Assembly (NCBI GenBank): GCA_977020255.1 | Contig: CDROCS010000666.1 | Location: forward strand, 124,001 to 188,000 | DNA from: Obrimoposthia wandeli | Lineage: Eukaryota | Direction: 5' to 3' | Length of the DNA: 64,000 nucleotides | Shown here: positions 19,322-29,244 of the stretch, piece by piece | Position numbering within the stretch: the stretch's first letter is position 1 | Layout of the letters: every line of letters starts with the position of its first letter | Notes under the pieces: generated by a model | Seen by the model: the letters and a program-made list of their open reading frames with translations, nothing else | What the model was told of the DNA's origin: nothing | Database searches by the model: none | Program-made: the position numbers and the translations under genes

Positions 19322-19761
19322 AATAAAATCCTTCCTTTAGCCATATTTTTTGTATTATTTAGCATCAACTCCACCACTTATGTCGTAGTTAATGAACGAC
19401 TAAGCTCAACTTTATCATTTATATTTTTGAGCATTTGCAAAAGCACTTACAACTAAGTGAATTCTGACAGTTTTATTAAAGGTGTTATTTGAAATAATGC
19501 AAACTTGTTATCACGGTTCTTATATTTACTTCACATTATAGTACTTACTGCCGTTGCTTAATTATTCAAGGTTGTCCGCTATTCGTTGCTAATTACATTG
19601 GTGTTTTTTTTGTTTACTGTTTAAGTCATTTGAAGTGACGTCGGTTTGAGTAAATCGTAAACACCTGTTATGTGCATCAGTTAACAAATCAGACAGACAA
19701 ATGTGCGCCTCGATAAATAGAACGTAGAATGTCGTATTTCGCTATGTAAATTGTTCTGTGT

Positions 19762-20304
19762 ATGTCCGAATTAGAAAAAATGCTTAATGGTAGTGTCTAT
19801 AATTGCCAATGTAAGACGCTAGAAAAGTTACGCGATGAGGCTTCTGTTTTGCTTCGCCATTTCAATAACGAACCGAATTCAGACCTTAGGCATGAAATAT
19901 TGGTTAGCCTTGGAATTAAGATTCCTTTGGATAGCTGCATTATTCCCCCTCTAGAGATGAGTTATGGCAGTCATTTATCTATTGGTAATCAAAGCTATAT
20001 AAATAGCGGTGCGCTGATATTAGATAATGGGGTTGTGAACATTGGATCTCACGTAATGATAGGGCCTAGAGTGCAAATATATACGGCTTCTCATGCTCTT
20101 GATGCCGATCGACGCATTGCGGGCGACGAAGTAGCAAAACCAGTGACAATCAATGATAAAGCTTGGATTGGTGGTGGCGCGATAATATTACCCGGTGTAA
20201 CCATTGGTGAAGGTGCTGTTATTGGTGCTGGCTCTGTCGTGACAAAAGATGTCGCAAGCTATGACCGTGTTGCAGGAAACCCAGCTCGCTCCATCATCAA
20301 ATAA
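19762..20304 (+). CDS. Sugar O-acetyltransferase (Maa/LacA hexapeptide family)
   Basis: MSELEKML.G, YGSHLSIG, IGPRVQIYT, WIGGGAIILPGVTIG, GNPAR. Confidence 0.9.
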   Translation: MSELEKMLNGSVYNCQCKTLEKLRDEASVLLRHFNNEPNSDLRHEILVSLGIKIPLDSCIIPPLEMSYGSHLSIGNQSYINSGALILDNGVVNIGSHVMIGPRVQIYTASHALDADRRIAGDEVAKPVTINDKAWIGGGAIILPGVTIGEGAVIGAGSVVTKDVASYDRVAGNPARSIIK

Positions 20305-20330
20305 AAGGTTGGTGTTCCCCACTCTACTCA

Positions 20331-20885
20331 TTACGCTGTGTCTACATACCTTGTAATGAGTGGGATACACTTGTTTGCAGCGTTAAGATCTTGATTTAAA
20401 TAAGCTGAAACAATCGCCCCTTCTTTAAGTAAACAAATCATATCTAAAAGGGATTCATCTTCCGTTTGTAAGTATTTCTGTATCAGGTTTCTGACCTTCA
20501 CTTTGTGGTTGGCACAATACAGATAGATAGCATTGTTCTTGTTGCTGCATTCAGCTGACGTATTAATAAAAAAGCACCCTCTGAATGGGCTTAATTCTGG
20601 CACTTCATTTTTAAACCAAGATGTCATTGCGCTGAATAATATATTTACAACATCAAGCTTGTTTACTGAACATTGAAGTTTTGTGTCTAGCCATTCTAGA
20701 AAGAGTTTGTCACGTGATTCTAATGTCGCGACAACTAATTCGTCTTTACTTTTGAAATGGTTGTACATGGTTTTCTTCGCAACACCAGATACCTTTAATA
20801 TTTCATTAATACCCACTGAGTTGATGCCGTTTTCATAAAACAAATGTAATGCGGTATCTATTAGTAACTTTTTTTTATCATTCAT
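20331..20885 (-). CDS. TetR/AcrR family regulator, Cys-rich
   Basis: LIDTALHLFYENGINSVGINEILKVSGVAKKTMYNHFKSKDEL HTH; RGCFFIN. Confidence 0.92.
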   Translation of the reverse strand: MNDKKKLLIDTALHLFYENGINSVGINEILKVSGVAKKTMYNHFKSKDELVVATLESRDKLFLEWLDTKLQCSVNKLDVVNILFSAMTSWFKNEVPELSPFRGCFFINTSAECSNKNNAIYLYCANHKVKVRNLIQKYLQTEDESLLDMICLLKEGAIVSAYLNQDLNAANKCIPLITRYVDTA

Positions 20886-20910
20886 ATATCACCTCCAATC
20901 TTTTAGTATG

Positions 20911-20964
20911 TTGACACAGGTAGACCAATCTGTCTACCATAGTGAGGAGACAGGTTGGTCTACC
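20911..20964 (+). promoter_or_regulatory. Sigma70 promoter of HPP gene with two TetR-type operators
   Basis: TTGACA(20911)-18 bp-TACCAT(20935); palindrome GGTAGAC-CAATCT-GTCTACC (20919-20938) between the boxes; second inverted copy at 20947-20964. Confidence 0.7.
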
Positions 20965-20978
20965 TTTGAGGTGTGTTT

Positions 20979-21446
20979 ATGAATCGTTTAATTTTATCGC
21001 TATTTTCTGGGGTTGGCGCTGCACTGGCAATTGGAATATTGTCATTTGCGGATAGTGTTCAGTCAGACATTGTATTGCTAATGGCACCTTTTGGTGCAAC
21101 CGCTGTACTCGTATTTGGGGTGCCAGATAGCCCTCTGGCGCAACCGAAAAATGTCATTTTAGGTCACTTAATAACTGCATTTATTGGTGTTTTTTTCGTC
21201 GAGTTTATTGGTGTGACGCCTTTAAGCTTATCGATAGCAACAGGTCTTGCGGTTAGTGCAATGTTGTTTACCAAAACAACTCACCCTCCAGCAGGCGCTA
21301 ACCCAGTGCTAATAATGTTAGCGGGACAGAGTTGGTCGTTTTTAATATCGCCAGTTTTACTTGGTGCCGTTATTTTGGTCGTTGTCGGAAAGATGGTTAG
21401 CAGAGTACGCGCTAGTTCTATGTTCACGGAAAATACGACAAAGTAA
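20979..21446 (+). CDS. HPP family membrane protein
   Basis: APFGATAVLVFGVPDSPLAQPKNVILGH, HPPAGANP. Confidence 0.92.
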   Translation: MNRLILSLFSGVGAALAIGILSFADSVQSDIVLLMAPFGATAVLVFGVPDSPLAQPKNVILGHLITAFIGVFFVEFIGVTPLSLSIATGLAVSAMLFTKTTHPPAGANPVLIMLAGQSWSFLISPVLLGAVILVVVGKMVSRVRASSMFTENTTK

Positions 21447-21571
21447 TCAACCAAGATACTACGTGTTATTTACTAGCTATCACACATCGTGATAGCTGCT
21501 AACTTTCCCTCTTCATATTTAACCGTAATAATCCCGCTCCCATACGAAAAAAGTGTAGCAAAAGGTTTATT

Positions 21572-22015
21572 ATGTCGACGTTTGAACGCATATTTCATGC
21601 GGTTTTATTTGAAATATTAGCGGTAAGTTTATCCATTCTGGGCTTAATTGTTTTTACCGAGCACAACCCTCAAACCCTTTCAGGAACCATGATAGTTGTT
21701 GCAACTATAGCCATGGTATGGAATTTCATTTTCAACTATATCTTTGACCGTTTTTTCCCTGGTAATCGTGAAGAACGCACCATGAAACTGAGGGTATTCT
21801 TTGTGCTTTTATTTGAGGCAGGTTTACTCTTTTTTACCATCCCGGTAATGGCATATATCTTAAATGTTTCTCTTATCGATGCATTCTGGTTAGACATTGG
21901 CGTGACTATTTTCATTACGATTTACGCGCTGGTGTTTAATTATGCCTACGATAATATTCGCGCAGTCATTATAAAAAAACGTCGTACCGAATTACATGTC
22001 GGTGTTGAGTACTAA
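21572..22015 (+). CDS. PACE (AceI-family) efflux transporter
   Basis: ERIFHAVLFE, AMVWNFIFNYIFD, FNYAYD duplicated BTP repeats. Confidence 0.9.
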   Translation: MSTFERIFHAVLFEILAVSLSILGLIVFTEHNPQTLSGTMIVVATIAMVWNFIFNYIFDRFFPGNREERTMKLRVFFVLLFEAGLLFFTIPVMAYILNVSLIDAFWLDIGVTIFITIYALVFNYAYDNIRAVIIKKRRTELHVGVEY

Positions 22016-22036
22016 TTAAAAATTGACGACTAAAAA

Positions 22037-22084
22037 TAAACCCCTCATCAGCTTAACGAACAGTCAGTCGTTGATGAGGGGTTA
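22037..22084. terminator. Bidirectional terminator
   Basis: AACCCCTCATCA...TGATGAGGGGTT between convergent PACE gene and iolA. Confidence 0.7.
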
Positions 22085-22134
22085 TCGTTTAATGGTTCTT
22101 CTAACCACTTTGCAAGATTACATTTTTTGTAACA

Positions 22135-23643
22135 TTACATCGTCGGCATCGAGAACGCACTTGTGTGTTGCTCTAAACGAACACTGGCAGGCCAACGACT
22201 AGTCACTGTTTTCATTCGGGTATAGAAACGTACACCATCGTTACCGTGCACATTTAATGGGCCAAACACAGAACGCTTCCAGCCACCGAAGCTATGGAAC
22301 GCCATTGGAACAGGAATAGGAACATTAATACCCACCATTCCCGCTAATACATCTTCACTAAACTGACGTGCTGTTTCGCCATCACGCGTAAAGATAGCCG
22401 TACCGTTGCCGTATTCATGGCGATTAATAAGATCAAGACCAGTTTGATAATCGGGTACTCGTACTATCGCCAGTACTGGGCCAAAGATTTCTTCTTTATA
22501 AATCGTCATCTCTGGTAATACGTTATCGAACAACGTAGGACCAACAAAATACCCTTCTTCATGACCTTCAACGACTAAATCACGGCCATCAATTAACAAA
22601 GAAGCACCCTGTTCAACCCCTGTTGTTATGTAGTCACAAATTTTCGCTTTATGTACCGCAGAAATAACCGGACCCATGTCATTTTCTGGGCCATCAACAA
22701 TACCTGGGCCTATGTGCATTTTTGCAATTTGATCGGTTAAGTTAGCAATTAATTTATCACCCGTTTCATCACCAACAACAACAGCAACAGATAGCGCCAT
22801 GCATCGCTCGCCAGCGGCACCGAATGCTGCACCCATAATGGCATTTGCTGCCATATCTAAATCAGCATCTGGCATCAAGATGCAATGGTTTTTTGCACCA
22901 CCTAAAGCCTGACAACGCTTGCCATGTGCCGATGCAGTTGAATAAATGTATTCTGCAATCGGTGTCGAGCCAACAAAACTCACCGCTTGTACGCGTGGTT
23001 CGGTTAATAGCACATCAACGGCTTCTTTATCACCGTTGACTACATTGAAAACACCATCAGGTAAACCGGCTTCTTTCAATAACTTCGCCAGTTCTAACGC
23101 CAGAGAAGGATCTTTCTCTGATGGTTTTAATATAAAGGTGTTACCCGTTGCCAGTGAAATTGGAAACATCCACATTGGCACCATGGCAGGAAAGTTAAAC
23201 GGAGTAATACCCACGCACACACCCAATGGCTGCATCAAAGAGTGGCTATCAACCCCAGTACCTACATTGGCAGAATGCTCACCTTTTTGTAGGTGGGGAA
23301 TGCCACAAGCAAATTCAACAACTTCTAGCCCACGAGTTACTTCACCAACGGCATCTGAATAGACTTTGCCGTGTTCGTTAGAAATAATACGCGCTAGCTT
23401 ATCCATATTTTGTTCAAGCAAGGCTTTAAATTTGAACATCACACGGGCACGTTTTAGGGGTGATGTTTTTGCCCATGCGGGAAAAGCAGCATCTGCCACG
23501 GCAACAACTTGCTCAACTTCTGCGGCTGAACTTAGCACTACCTGACGCGTTTGTTCACCAGTTGCTGGATTATAAATAGGGGCAAAACGCTCGCTACGAC
23601 TTTCAGTAATTTGTCCGTTAATAAAATTTTGAACCGTTTCCAT
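22135..23643 (-). CDS. iolA: CoA-acylating (methyl)malonate-semialdehyde dehydrogenase
   Basis: ITPFNFPAMVPMW, LKPSEKDP, SFVGST, GGAKNH, GERCMA, EEIFGP; last gene of iolCDE operon. Confidence 0.95.
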   Translation of the reverse strand: METVQNFINGQITESRSERFAPIYNPATGEQTRQVVLSSAAEVEQVVAVADAAFPAWAKTSPLKRARVMFKFKALLEQNMDKLARIISNEHGKVYSDAVGEVTRGLEVVEFACGIPHLQKGEHSANVGTGVDSHSLMQPLGVCVGITPFNFPAMVPMWMFPISLATGNTFILKPSEKDPSLALELAKLLKEAGLPDGVFNVVNGDKEAVDVLLTEPRVQAVSFVGSTPIAEYIYSTASAHGKRCQALGGAKNHCILMPDADLDMAANAIMGAAFGAAGERCMALSVAVVVGDETGDKLIANLTDQIAKMHIGPGIVDGPENDMGPVISAVHKAKICDYITTGVEQGASLLIDGRDLVVEGHEEGYFVGPTLFDNVLPEMTIYKEEIFGPVLAIVRVPDYQTGLDLINRHEYGNGTAIFTRDGETARQFSEDVLAGMVGINVPIPVPMAFHSFGGWKRSVFGPLNVHGNDGVRFYTRMKTVTSRWPASVRLEQHTSAFSMPTM

Positions 23644-23654
23644 GTAAATTGCTC

Positions 23655-24548
23655 CTAATTAAATAAGCCAGCATCTTTCGCTAATTGAGATAAATTGTTG
23701 TAACCCAAGGTGGCATAAGTCAATGGGTTGGCAACGGCAGGATCTTGCTCTGCTTCCACCACTAACCAACCTTGATATTCATTATTCTTTAACAAGGTAA
23801 ACAGTGTTGAGTAATCAATACAGCCGTCACCCGGCACGGTAAATACCCCGTTTAATACTGCATCCAGAAAGCTTGTTTTTCGATTTTTAACATCGGCTAA
23901 TACATCACGGCGAATGTCTTTACAGTGAACATGATTAATACGATGCGCCCAACGTTCAGCAACAGCAATTGGGTCGGCACCTGCAAAGGTTAAGTGCCCA
24001 GTATCTAATAACAAGCCAACGTCAGGGCCGGTGTGCTTCATTAAGTTATCAATATCGGCTTCAGTTTCGATTACCGTGCCCATATGGTGGTGATAAGCAA
24101 TTTGTACCCCTTGGCTTTGGGTATAACGCGCAAATTTTGTTAACTTCTCGCCATATTCACGCCATTGTTCAGCCGGAAATTTAGGACGAAGGTAAACAGA
24201 TTTATCTTGATCGCCATGAATACAGTTGGTAACTTCAGCGAACACCATCACTTTTGCACCTAACTCTCTTAATAAAGTTAAATGTGGTTGTACGGCTTCG
24301 ATTTCTTCTTCTACAGAACGTGTTAATAATTCACCTGAATACCAGCCTGATACTAATTTAACATCATGCTTAGCTAAAATCGGTCCTAATACACTTGCAT
24401 CACGCGGGAACTTATTACCGAGTTCGAACCCCGTAAATCCTGCTTGTCGTCCTTCTGTTAAACAGGTTTCAAGTGATGTTTCTGCACCAAGTGAAGGAAG
24501 GTCGTCGTTGGTCCATGTGAGTGGATTAATTCCTAATTGCACTGTCAT
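23655..24548 (-). CDS. iolE: 2-keto-myo-inositol dehydratase (set 1)
   Basis: GINPLTWTNDD, YHHHMGT, LLDTGH, HVHCKD, VVEAEQDP. Confidence 0.93.
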   Translation of the reverse strand: MTVQLGINPLTWTNDDLPSLGAETSLETCLTEGRQAGFTGFELGNKFPRDASVLGPILAKHDVKLVSGWYSGELLTRSVEEEIEAVQPHLTLLRELGAKVMVFAEVTNCIHGDQDKSVYLRPKFPAEQWREYGEKLTKFARYTQSQGVQIAYHHHMGTVIETEADIDNLMKHTGPDVGLLLDTGHLTFAGADPIAVAERWAHRINHVHCKDIRRDVLADVKNRKTSFLDAVLNGVFTVPGDGCIDYSTLFTLLKNNEYQGWLVVEAEQDPAVANPLTYATLGYNNLSQLAKDAGLFN

Positions 24549-24579
24549 TGTTATACTCCATTAATATTTGGACTGCAGA

Positions 24580-26433
24580 TCAGATAACTTGTTGTTGTTT
24601 AGCAAGTTCATATTGCTTTCTTGCAAGTCTGACTTGCTCACGTTCCGACACTTCAGGTACAGCGACTTCCCACCAAGAACCACCAGATTCTGTAGTACTA
24701 AGCGGATCGGTATCGAGTGTGATGACATAGGTTTTGTCTGATTGTTTTGCGCGTATTAGGGCTTCTTCTAATTCAGCGATACAGCCTACTTTTTCAGAAT
24801 TTGCGCCTAACGCTTTAGCATGAGCGGCAAAGTCTGTTTTCGGTGCGCCACCATCAATGGTCTTGCAATCTTTAAGTAGGTTATTGAAGCCAGCACCACC
24901 GCAAGCATGTTGTAAACGGCTAATACATCCGTAGCCTCGGTTATCTAACACCACTAATATCAGCTTTTGATCTAACATGACGGATGTGGCGATTTCGGAA
25001 TTAAGCATGAGGTATGAACCATCGCCAATCATTACGATGACATCGGAATCAGGCTTTGCCATTTTCACGCCTAGCCCACCAGCTATCTCGTATCCCATGC
25101 ACGAAAAACCATATTCGAGGTGATAACCTTTATCGTATTTGGTTCGCCACAACTTATGTAATTCGCCCGGTAAGCCACCAGCGGCACAAACCACAATGTC
25201 TTTCTCATCTGCGGCACGATTTACAGCACCAATAACTTCTGCATCTGTGGGTAAATCGGTTCCACGATCGGTCATGGCAATAGAGACGGTTTCATTCCAC
25301 TGCTGGCGTAAAGATTCTGCTCTATCACGCCAAGCGGCACTCGGCTGCCAACCTTCAAGTAAATCTGTAATTTGTGGAAGGGTACGTTTTGCATCCCCAA
25401 CAACGGGCACACCATTATGTTTAATCGCATCAAAACCGTTGATGTTGATCGACACAATGCGGGCATTACGGCTAAATAAAGATCGCGATCCAGATGTGAA
25501 ATCTTGTAAGCGTGTTCCTACCGCGAGCACCACGTCGGCTTCACGGGCGAGTTCATTGATCGCCGCCGATCCTGTAACACCCACCGATCCTAGATTTAAG
25601 GCGTGATCCCAAGGCAAAGCTCCTTTCCCCGCTTGTGTTTCACCAACAGGTAACTGGTACGTTTCAACCAATTGATGAAACTCGGGTAACGCTTCAGAGT
25701 AATGCAGGCCACCACCCGCGATAACCACCGGATTTTTAGCCGTTTTCAGTAACTCGATCGCTTGTTCAATTTCAACAACATCGGCACCTAAACGGCGCAT
25801 GCGGTGAATACGCTCGGCGAAAAAGCTTTCTGGGTAATCGTATGCCATTGTTTGAACGTCTTGCGGTAACGACAATGTCACAGGTCCACATTCAATTGCA
25901 TCTGTTAAGATTCGCATCGCTTGCGGCAAACTATTTAGCAGTTGTTCAGGGCGTGTAATGCGATCGAAGAAACGGCTTACTGGTTTAAAGCAATCGTTCG
26001 GGGTGATCGTTGGATCATTCCAATTTTCGATTTGTTGCAAGACAGGATCCGGTTCGCGAGTCGCAAACGTATCGCCCGGTAATAATAAGACAGGTAAACG
26101 ATTAACATGCGCTAAAGCCGCTGCTGTGACCATATTCAGTGCACCAGGGCCAACAGAGGTTGTTGCTGCCATCATGCGGCGGCGATTATTCGCTTTAGCA
26201 AAGGCAATAGCCGCGTGTGCCATACCTTGTTCATTATGAGCGCGAAATGTCGGTAGTTGGTCTTGAACGTGGTATAACGCTTCCCCCACCCCCGCGACAT
26301 TACCGTGACCAAAAATGGCAAACACACCTTCAAAGAGTGGTAATGTTTCACCATCAATATCCACTTTTTGTGCAATAAGGTATTTCACTAATGCTTGTGC
26401 CATGGTGAGTCGAATCGTATTTTTAACTGGCAT
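24580..26433 (-). CDS. iolD: THcHDO hydrolase, ThDP-dependent (set 1)
   Basis: RLTMAQAL, IFGHGNV, HNEQGM, PDPVLQQ, EYGFSCMGYE, GDGSYLM..N; ATG 26433 after GGAG. Confidence 0.93.
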   Translation of the reverse strand: MPVKNTIRLTMAQALVKYLIAQKVDIDGETLPLFEGVFAIFGHGNVAGVGEALYHVQDQLPTFRAHNEQGMAHAAIAFAKANNRRRMMAATTSVGPGALNMVTAAALAHVNRLPVLLLPGDTFATREPDPVLQQIENWNDPTITPNDCFKPVSRFFDRITRPEQLLNSLPQAMRILTDAIECGPVTLSLPQDVQTMAYDYPESFFAERIHRMRRLGADVVEIEQAIELLKTAKNPVVIAGGGLHYSEALPEFHQLVETYQLPVGETQAGKGALPWDHALNLGSVGVTGSAAINELAREADVVLAVGTRLQDFTSGSRSLFSRNARIVSININGFDAIKHNGVPVVGDAKRTLPQITDLLEGWQPSAAWRDRAESLRQQWNETVSIAMTDRGTDLPTDAEVIGAVNRAADEKDIVVCAAGGLPGELHKLWRTKYDKGYHLEYGFSCMGYEIAGGLGVKMAKPDSDVIVMIGDGSYLMLNSEIATSVMLDQKLILVVLDNRGYGCISRLQHACGGAGFNNLLKDCKTIDGGAPKTDFAAHAKALGANSEKVGCIAELEEALIRAKQSDKTYVITLDTDPLSTTESGGSWWEVAVPEVSEREQVRLARKQYELAKQQQVI

Positions 26434-26444
26434 AATGAAAGCTC

Positions 26445-28352
26445 CTATCCGCGCTGACGCCACAAAGTAATTAAGTTATGGTAATTCACTTTTATCTTCT
26501 CTATTAAAGCGCGATCATCAATCTTGCCCGCTAACCAGTCACGAGAAGGTTGGCCAAATATGGTGCGCCCAACAGCAAAGCCTTTTACTAATGGTTGATT
26601 GGCAGCAGCGGCAAAACCAGCTTTCAATTCTGCTTCCGGGGCATCTAACCCTAAGATTACTACGCCACGACAGTAAGTATCTCGCTCTGTAATCACAGCA
26701 CTAATGTTGTTCCAACCTTCTACAGACTGTGGCGGTAACTTCCACCAATCAGGTTTTACCCCTAAGTTATAGAAACGCTGCACAGCACGAAGGTACAGAT
26801 CATCTGACGATGGCATATCTGCCGGTAAAATCACTTCTAACAACAATTCATGACCGGATTGGCAGCAAGCGGCATACACTTCTTTGATCATTCTTTCTTG
26901 TTCTAAGCGCAGTGGGTGCTGATCATCGGGATGGAAAAAGGCTAAACATTTAACCACATGCTCAAGCGGCCAGTTAACTAGCTGAGAACCAATATTGCCA
27001 TTCTCTAAACGCAGCGGACGAGATCCCGGCAGTTCAATTGGTCGCCCTATCCACCAGCCGGATCCTGTCACTTCATTCAATACATCTTGCCCGAACGTAC
27101 CATCACATAAGATGCCCGCTTTACCTTGTAACCCCGCTTCTTCAGCCACTTCTTGGCTCGCTTGTAAAATGAGTTTTTTTAGCGGCTTTATGCTGTCGAA
27201 ATCGGCTCCGGCTTCTCGCACCATATCAACAAATTGAATACGGTGGTCAAACGCGAGAACGCATAATTCTTCCCAATTAGGTTTACGGGTGGTAACGCGG
27301 TGTAGGTGGTTTAAACGTGCATCTATATCAGGGCGTGGTACGTCGTTAGCACGGCTTAAGTAATCATCAAGCTCTACTTTTGTAGGCATAGATGGTGCAC
27401 AACCATGACGAGAAACCACTAATGCCCCACAGGCATTGGCGTAAGCACATGCTTTTTCCCAGCCTTCGTCACTTAAATAGCCACGTAATAGACCCGACAT
27501 AAAGGCATCGCCTGCGCCTAGCACATTTAATACATCGACTCTTACACCTTGAATGGTAATACCATCATCCAGATCATTAGGAATGTCATGACTGAATACA
27601 GAACAACCTAACGCCCCTCTTTTACATACGAGCTCTGCTTGGCTTACCTTACGCACTGCACGAAGGGCATCGATACTGTTGGTTGAACCGCCCGCAATGT
27701 GAAATTCTTCTTCTGTACCAACGATCAAATCAAACAGCCCTAATACTTCTTGTAGTTGGTCTGTTACTTTTCCTGATTCAATAAAACGATTTTCGCCATC
27801 ACCCAACGACGTTAGCCCCCATAGAACAGGACGGTAATCGATATCTAACGCTGTTTTCACACCATGACGACGGGCATATTTTAAAGCAGTAAGCACTGCA
27901 TCACGCGTTTGAGGGTTAGATAAATGCGTACCTGTAATGGCTAAACAACGCGCAGAAGCAATATATTCTTCAGACACATCATCGGCTGTAATCGCCATGT
28001 CAGCGCAATTATCACGGTAAAAAATGAGAGGGAAAGTCTCTTCATCTTTAATACCTAGAATAACAAGTGCCGTTAAACGCTCTTCATCGGTAATCAAATG
28101 ACTCGTATCAACACCGACACTATTGAGCTCTTCACGAAGAAATCGCCCCATGTGCTCATCACCGACTCGTGCCAACATAGATGATTTCAAACCTTGCCGA
28201 GCTGTACCGTAAGCAACATTGCCCGACGACCCACCAAGGTATTTCGAAAAAGAGCCCATATCTTCCAAACGAGCACCTATCTGTTGACCATACAAGTCAA
28301 CAGCTACCCGTCCCATACAAATAAGATCTAATGTTTTGCTGTCGTGTTTCAT
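26445..28352 (-). CDS. iolC: 5-dehydro-2-deoxygluconokinase fused to C-terminal DUF2090 (aldolase-like) domain
   Basis: PfkB motifs GGSSGNVA, GAGDAF; C-terminal LAFDHR, HVVKCL, LLLEVI, PDWWKL, GFAVGRTIF; ATG 28352 after AAGGAA. Confidence 0.93.
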   Translation of the reverse strand: MKHDSKTLDLICMGRVAVDLYGQQIGARLEDMGSFSKYLGGSSGNVAYGTARQGLKSSMLARVGDEHMGRFLREELNSVGVDTSHLITDEERLTALVILGIKDEETFPLIFYRDNCADMAITADDVSEEYIASARCLAITGTHLSNPQTRDAVLTALKYARRHGVKTALDIDYRPVLWGLTSLGDGENRFIESGKVTDQLQEVLGLFDLIVGTEEEFHIAGGSTNSIDALRAVRKVSQAELVCKRGALGCSVFSHDIPNDLDDGITIQGVRVDVLNVLGAGDAFMSGLLRGYLSDEGWEKACAYANACGALVVSRHGCAPSMPTKVELDDYLSRANDVPRPDIDARLNHLHRVTTRKPNWEELCVLAFDHRIQFVDMVREAGADFDSIKPLKKLILQASQEVAEEAGLQGKAGILCDGTFGQDVLNEVTGSGWWIGRPIELPGSRPLRLENGNIGSQLVNWPLEHVVKCLAFFHPDDQHPLRLEQERMIKEVYAACCQSGHELLLEVILPADMPSSDDLYLRAVQRFYNLGVKPDWWKLPPQSVEGWNNISAVITERDTYCRGVVILGLDAPEAELKAGFAAAANQPLVKGFAVGRTIFGQPSRDWLAGKIDDRALIEKIKVNYHNLITLWRQRG

Positions 28353-28434
28353 TTTCGATTCCTTTCTCAAAGCACGTTATAAAACGACAATCAACGCGTC
28401 ATCGTGGTTGGATTATTTCAATGACTCAGTTATA

Positions 28435-28450
28435 CGAAATGAACGTTTCA
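28435..28450. promoter_or_regulatory. Putative RpiR/IolR operator upstream of iolC
   Basis: CGAAA-TGAACG-TTTCA matches the TGAAA-N6-TTTCA palindrome repeated across the iol promoters. Confidence 0.55.
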
Positions 28451-28839
28451 TTATCAACAAAAAACGAAATGAATGTTTTTTTTTGTGATCTTAAGTCTGT
28501 TTGTTCTGTATTGACTCTTTGGGTAAGTCAATTTGCTCTTCGGTCTCAATATAAAATCGTTTTGATCTAATTCAACAAAGTAACCTCACACAATTAATTG
28601 GCGTTTTAATGTTTGATTAAAATAAGTGAGTCGACATTTTATTTAATATTTTCAGACAATAAAACCATTGATGTTAATCCTGAGGTTAAGCATCTGAAGA
28701 CCTTTAAAAATCACTATTACAGCGTAAGTTGTCTTATCAGCAGTCTTATCAAATTGATGCATCATGGTTAATGATTCTGAGTGCTCAGTACACTATACCT
28801 ATCATAATTACGGTCAATTTATAGTCAAACCTAAAATAT

Positions 28840-29097
28840 TGAAAATATTTTTTCATTAACATAACTACTAACAAGTATACCGCTAGCGCATTACAACCTA
28901 ATCTCACCTTTCGTGATCAAGTTCAAAAAAATTACATTTAGCAATTAAAATCAATAGGTTACATAGGTGAATAAATTTGCATTTAAAATCCATATGAGAT
29001 CGTTGTAGCATTTTATACATTTAATTAACATCAGTGGTGGTTATAAAAGAAACGACAACCTATAGTGATCCCCACTGAGTTTAGAAAATATTTTTCA
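28840..29097. promoter_or_regulatory. Two operator-like sites plus CRP-like site upstream of the ABC transporter
   Basis: TGAAAATATTTTTTCA (28840), TAGAAAATATTTTTCA (29082); CGTGA-TCAAGT-TCAAA (28912-28927) resembles TGTGA-N6-TCACA. Confidence 0.55.
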
Positions 29098-29244
29098 TTT
29101 GAATATAAATAAAAACTCACGATTAAAATATGAAATGTGATTCTAGTCGGAAATTAAGTAAAAACTCTAAATAGAGGTTTAGCTTAATGCATAAAATCGC
29201 ATTTTAAATTTGCTGAAGAAGCATCTAATAACAAGGAGGCAGAC

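Noticed and set aside
1-21500. Active integron or prophage
   Set aside because: No tyrosine recombinase, attI, transposase or phage structural gene in the window
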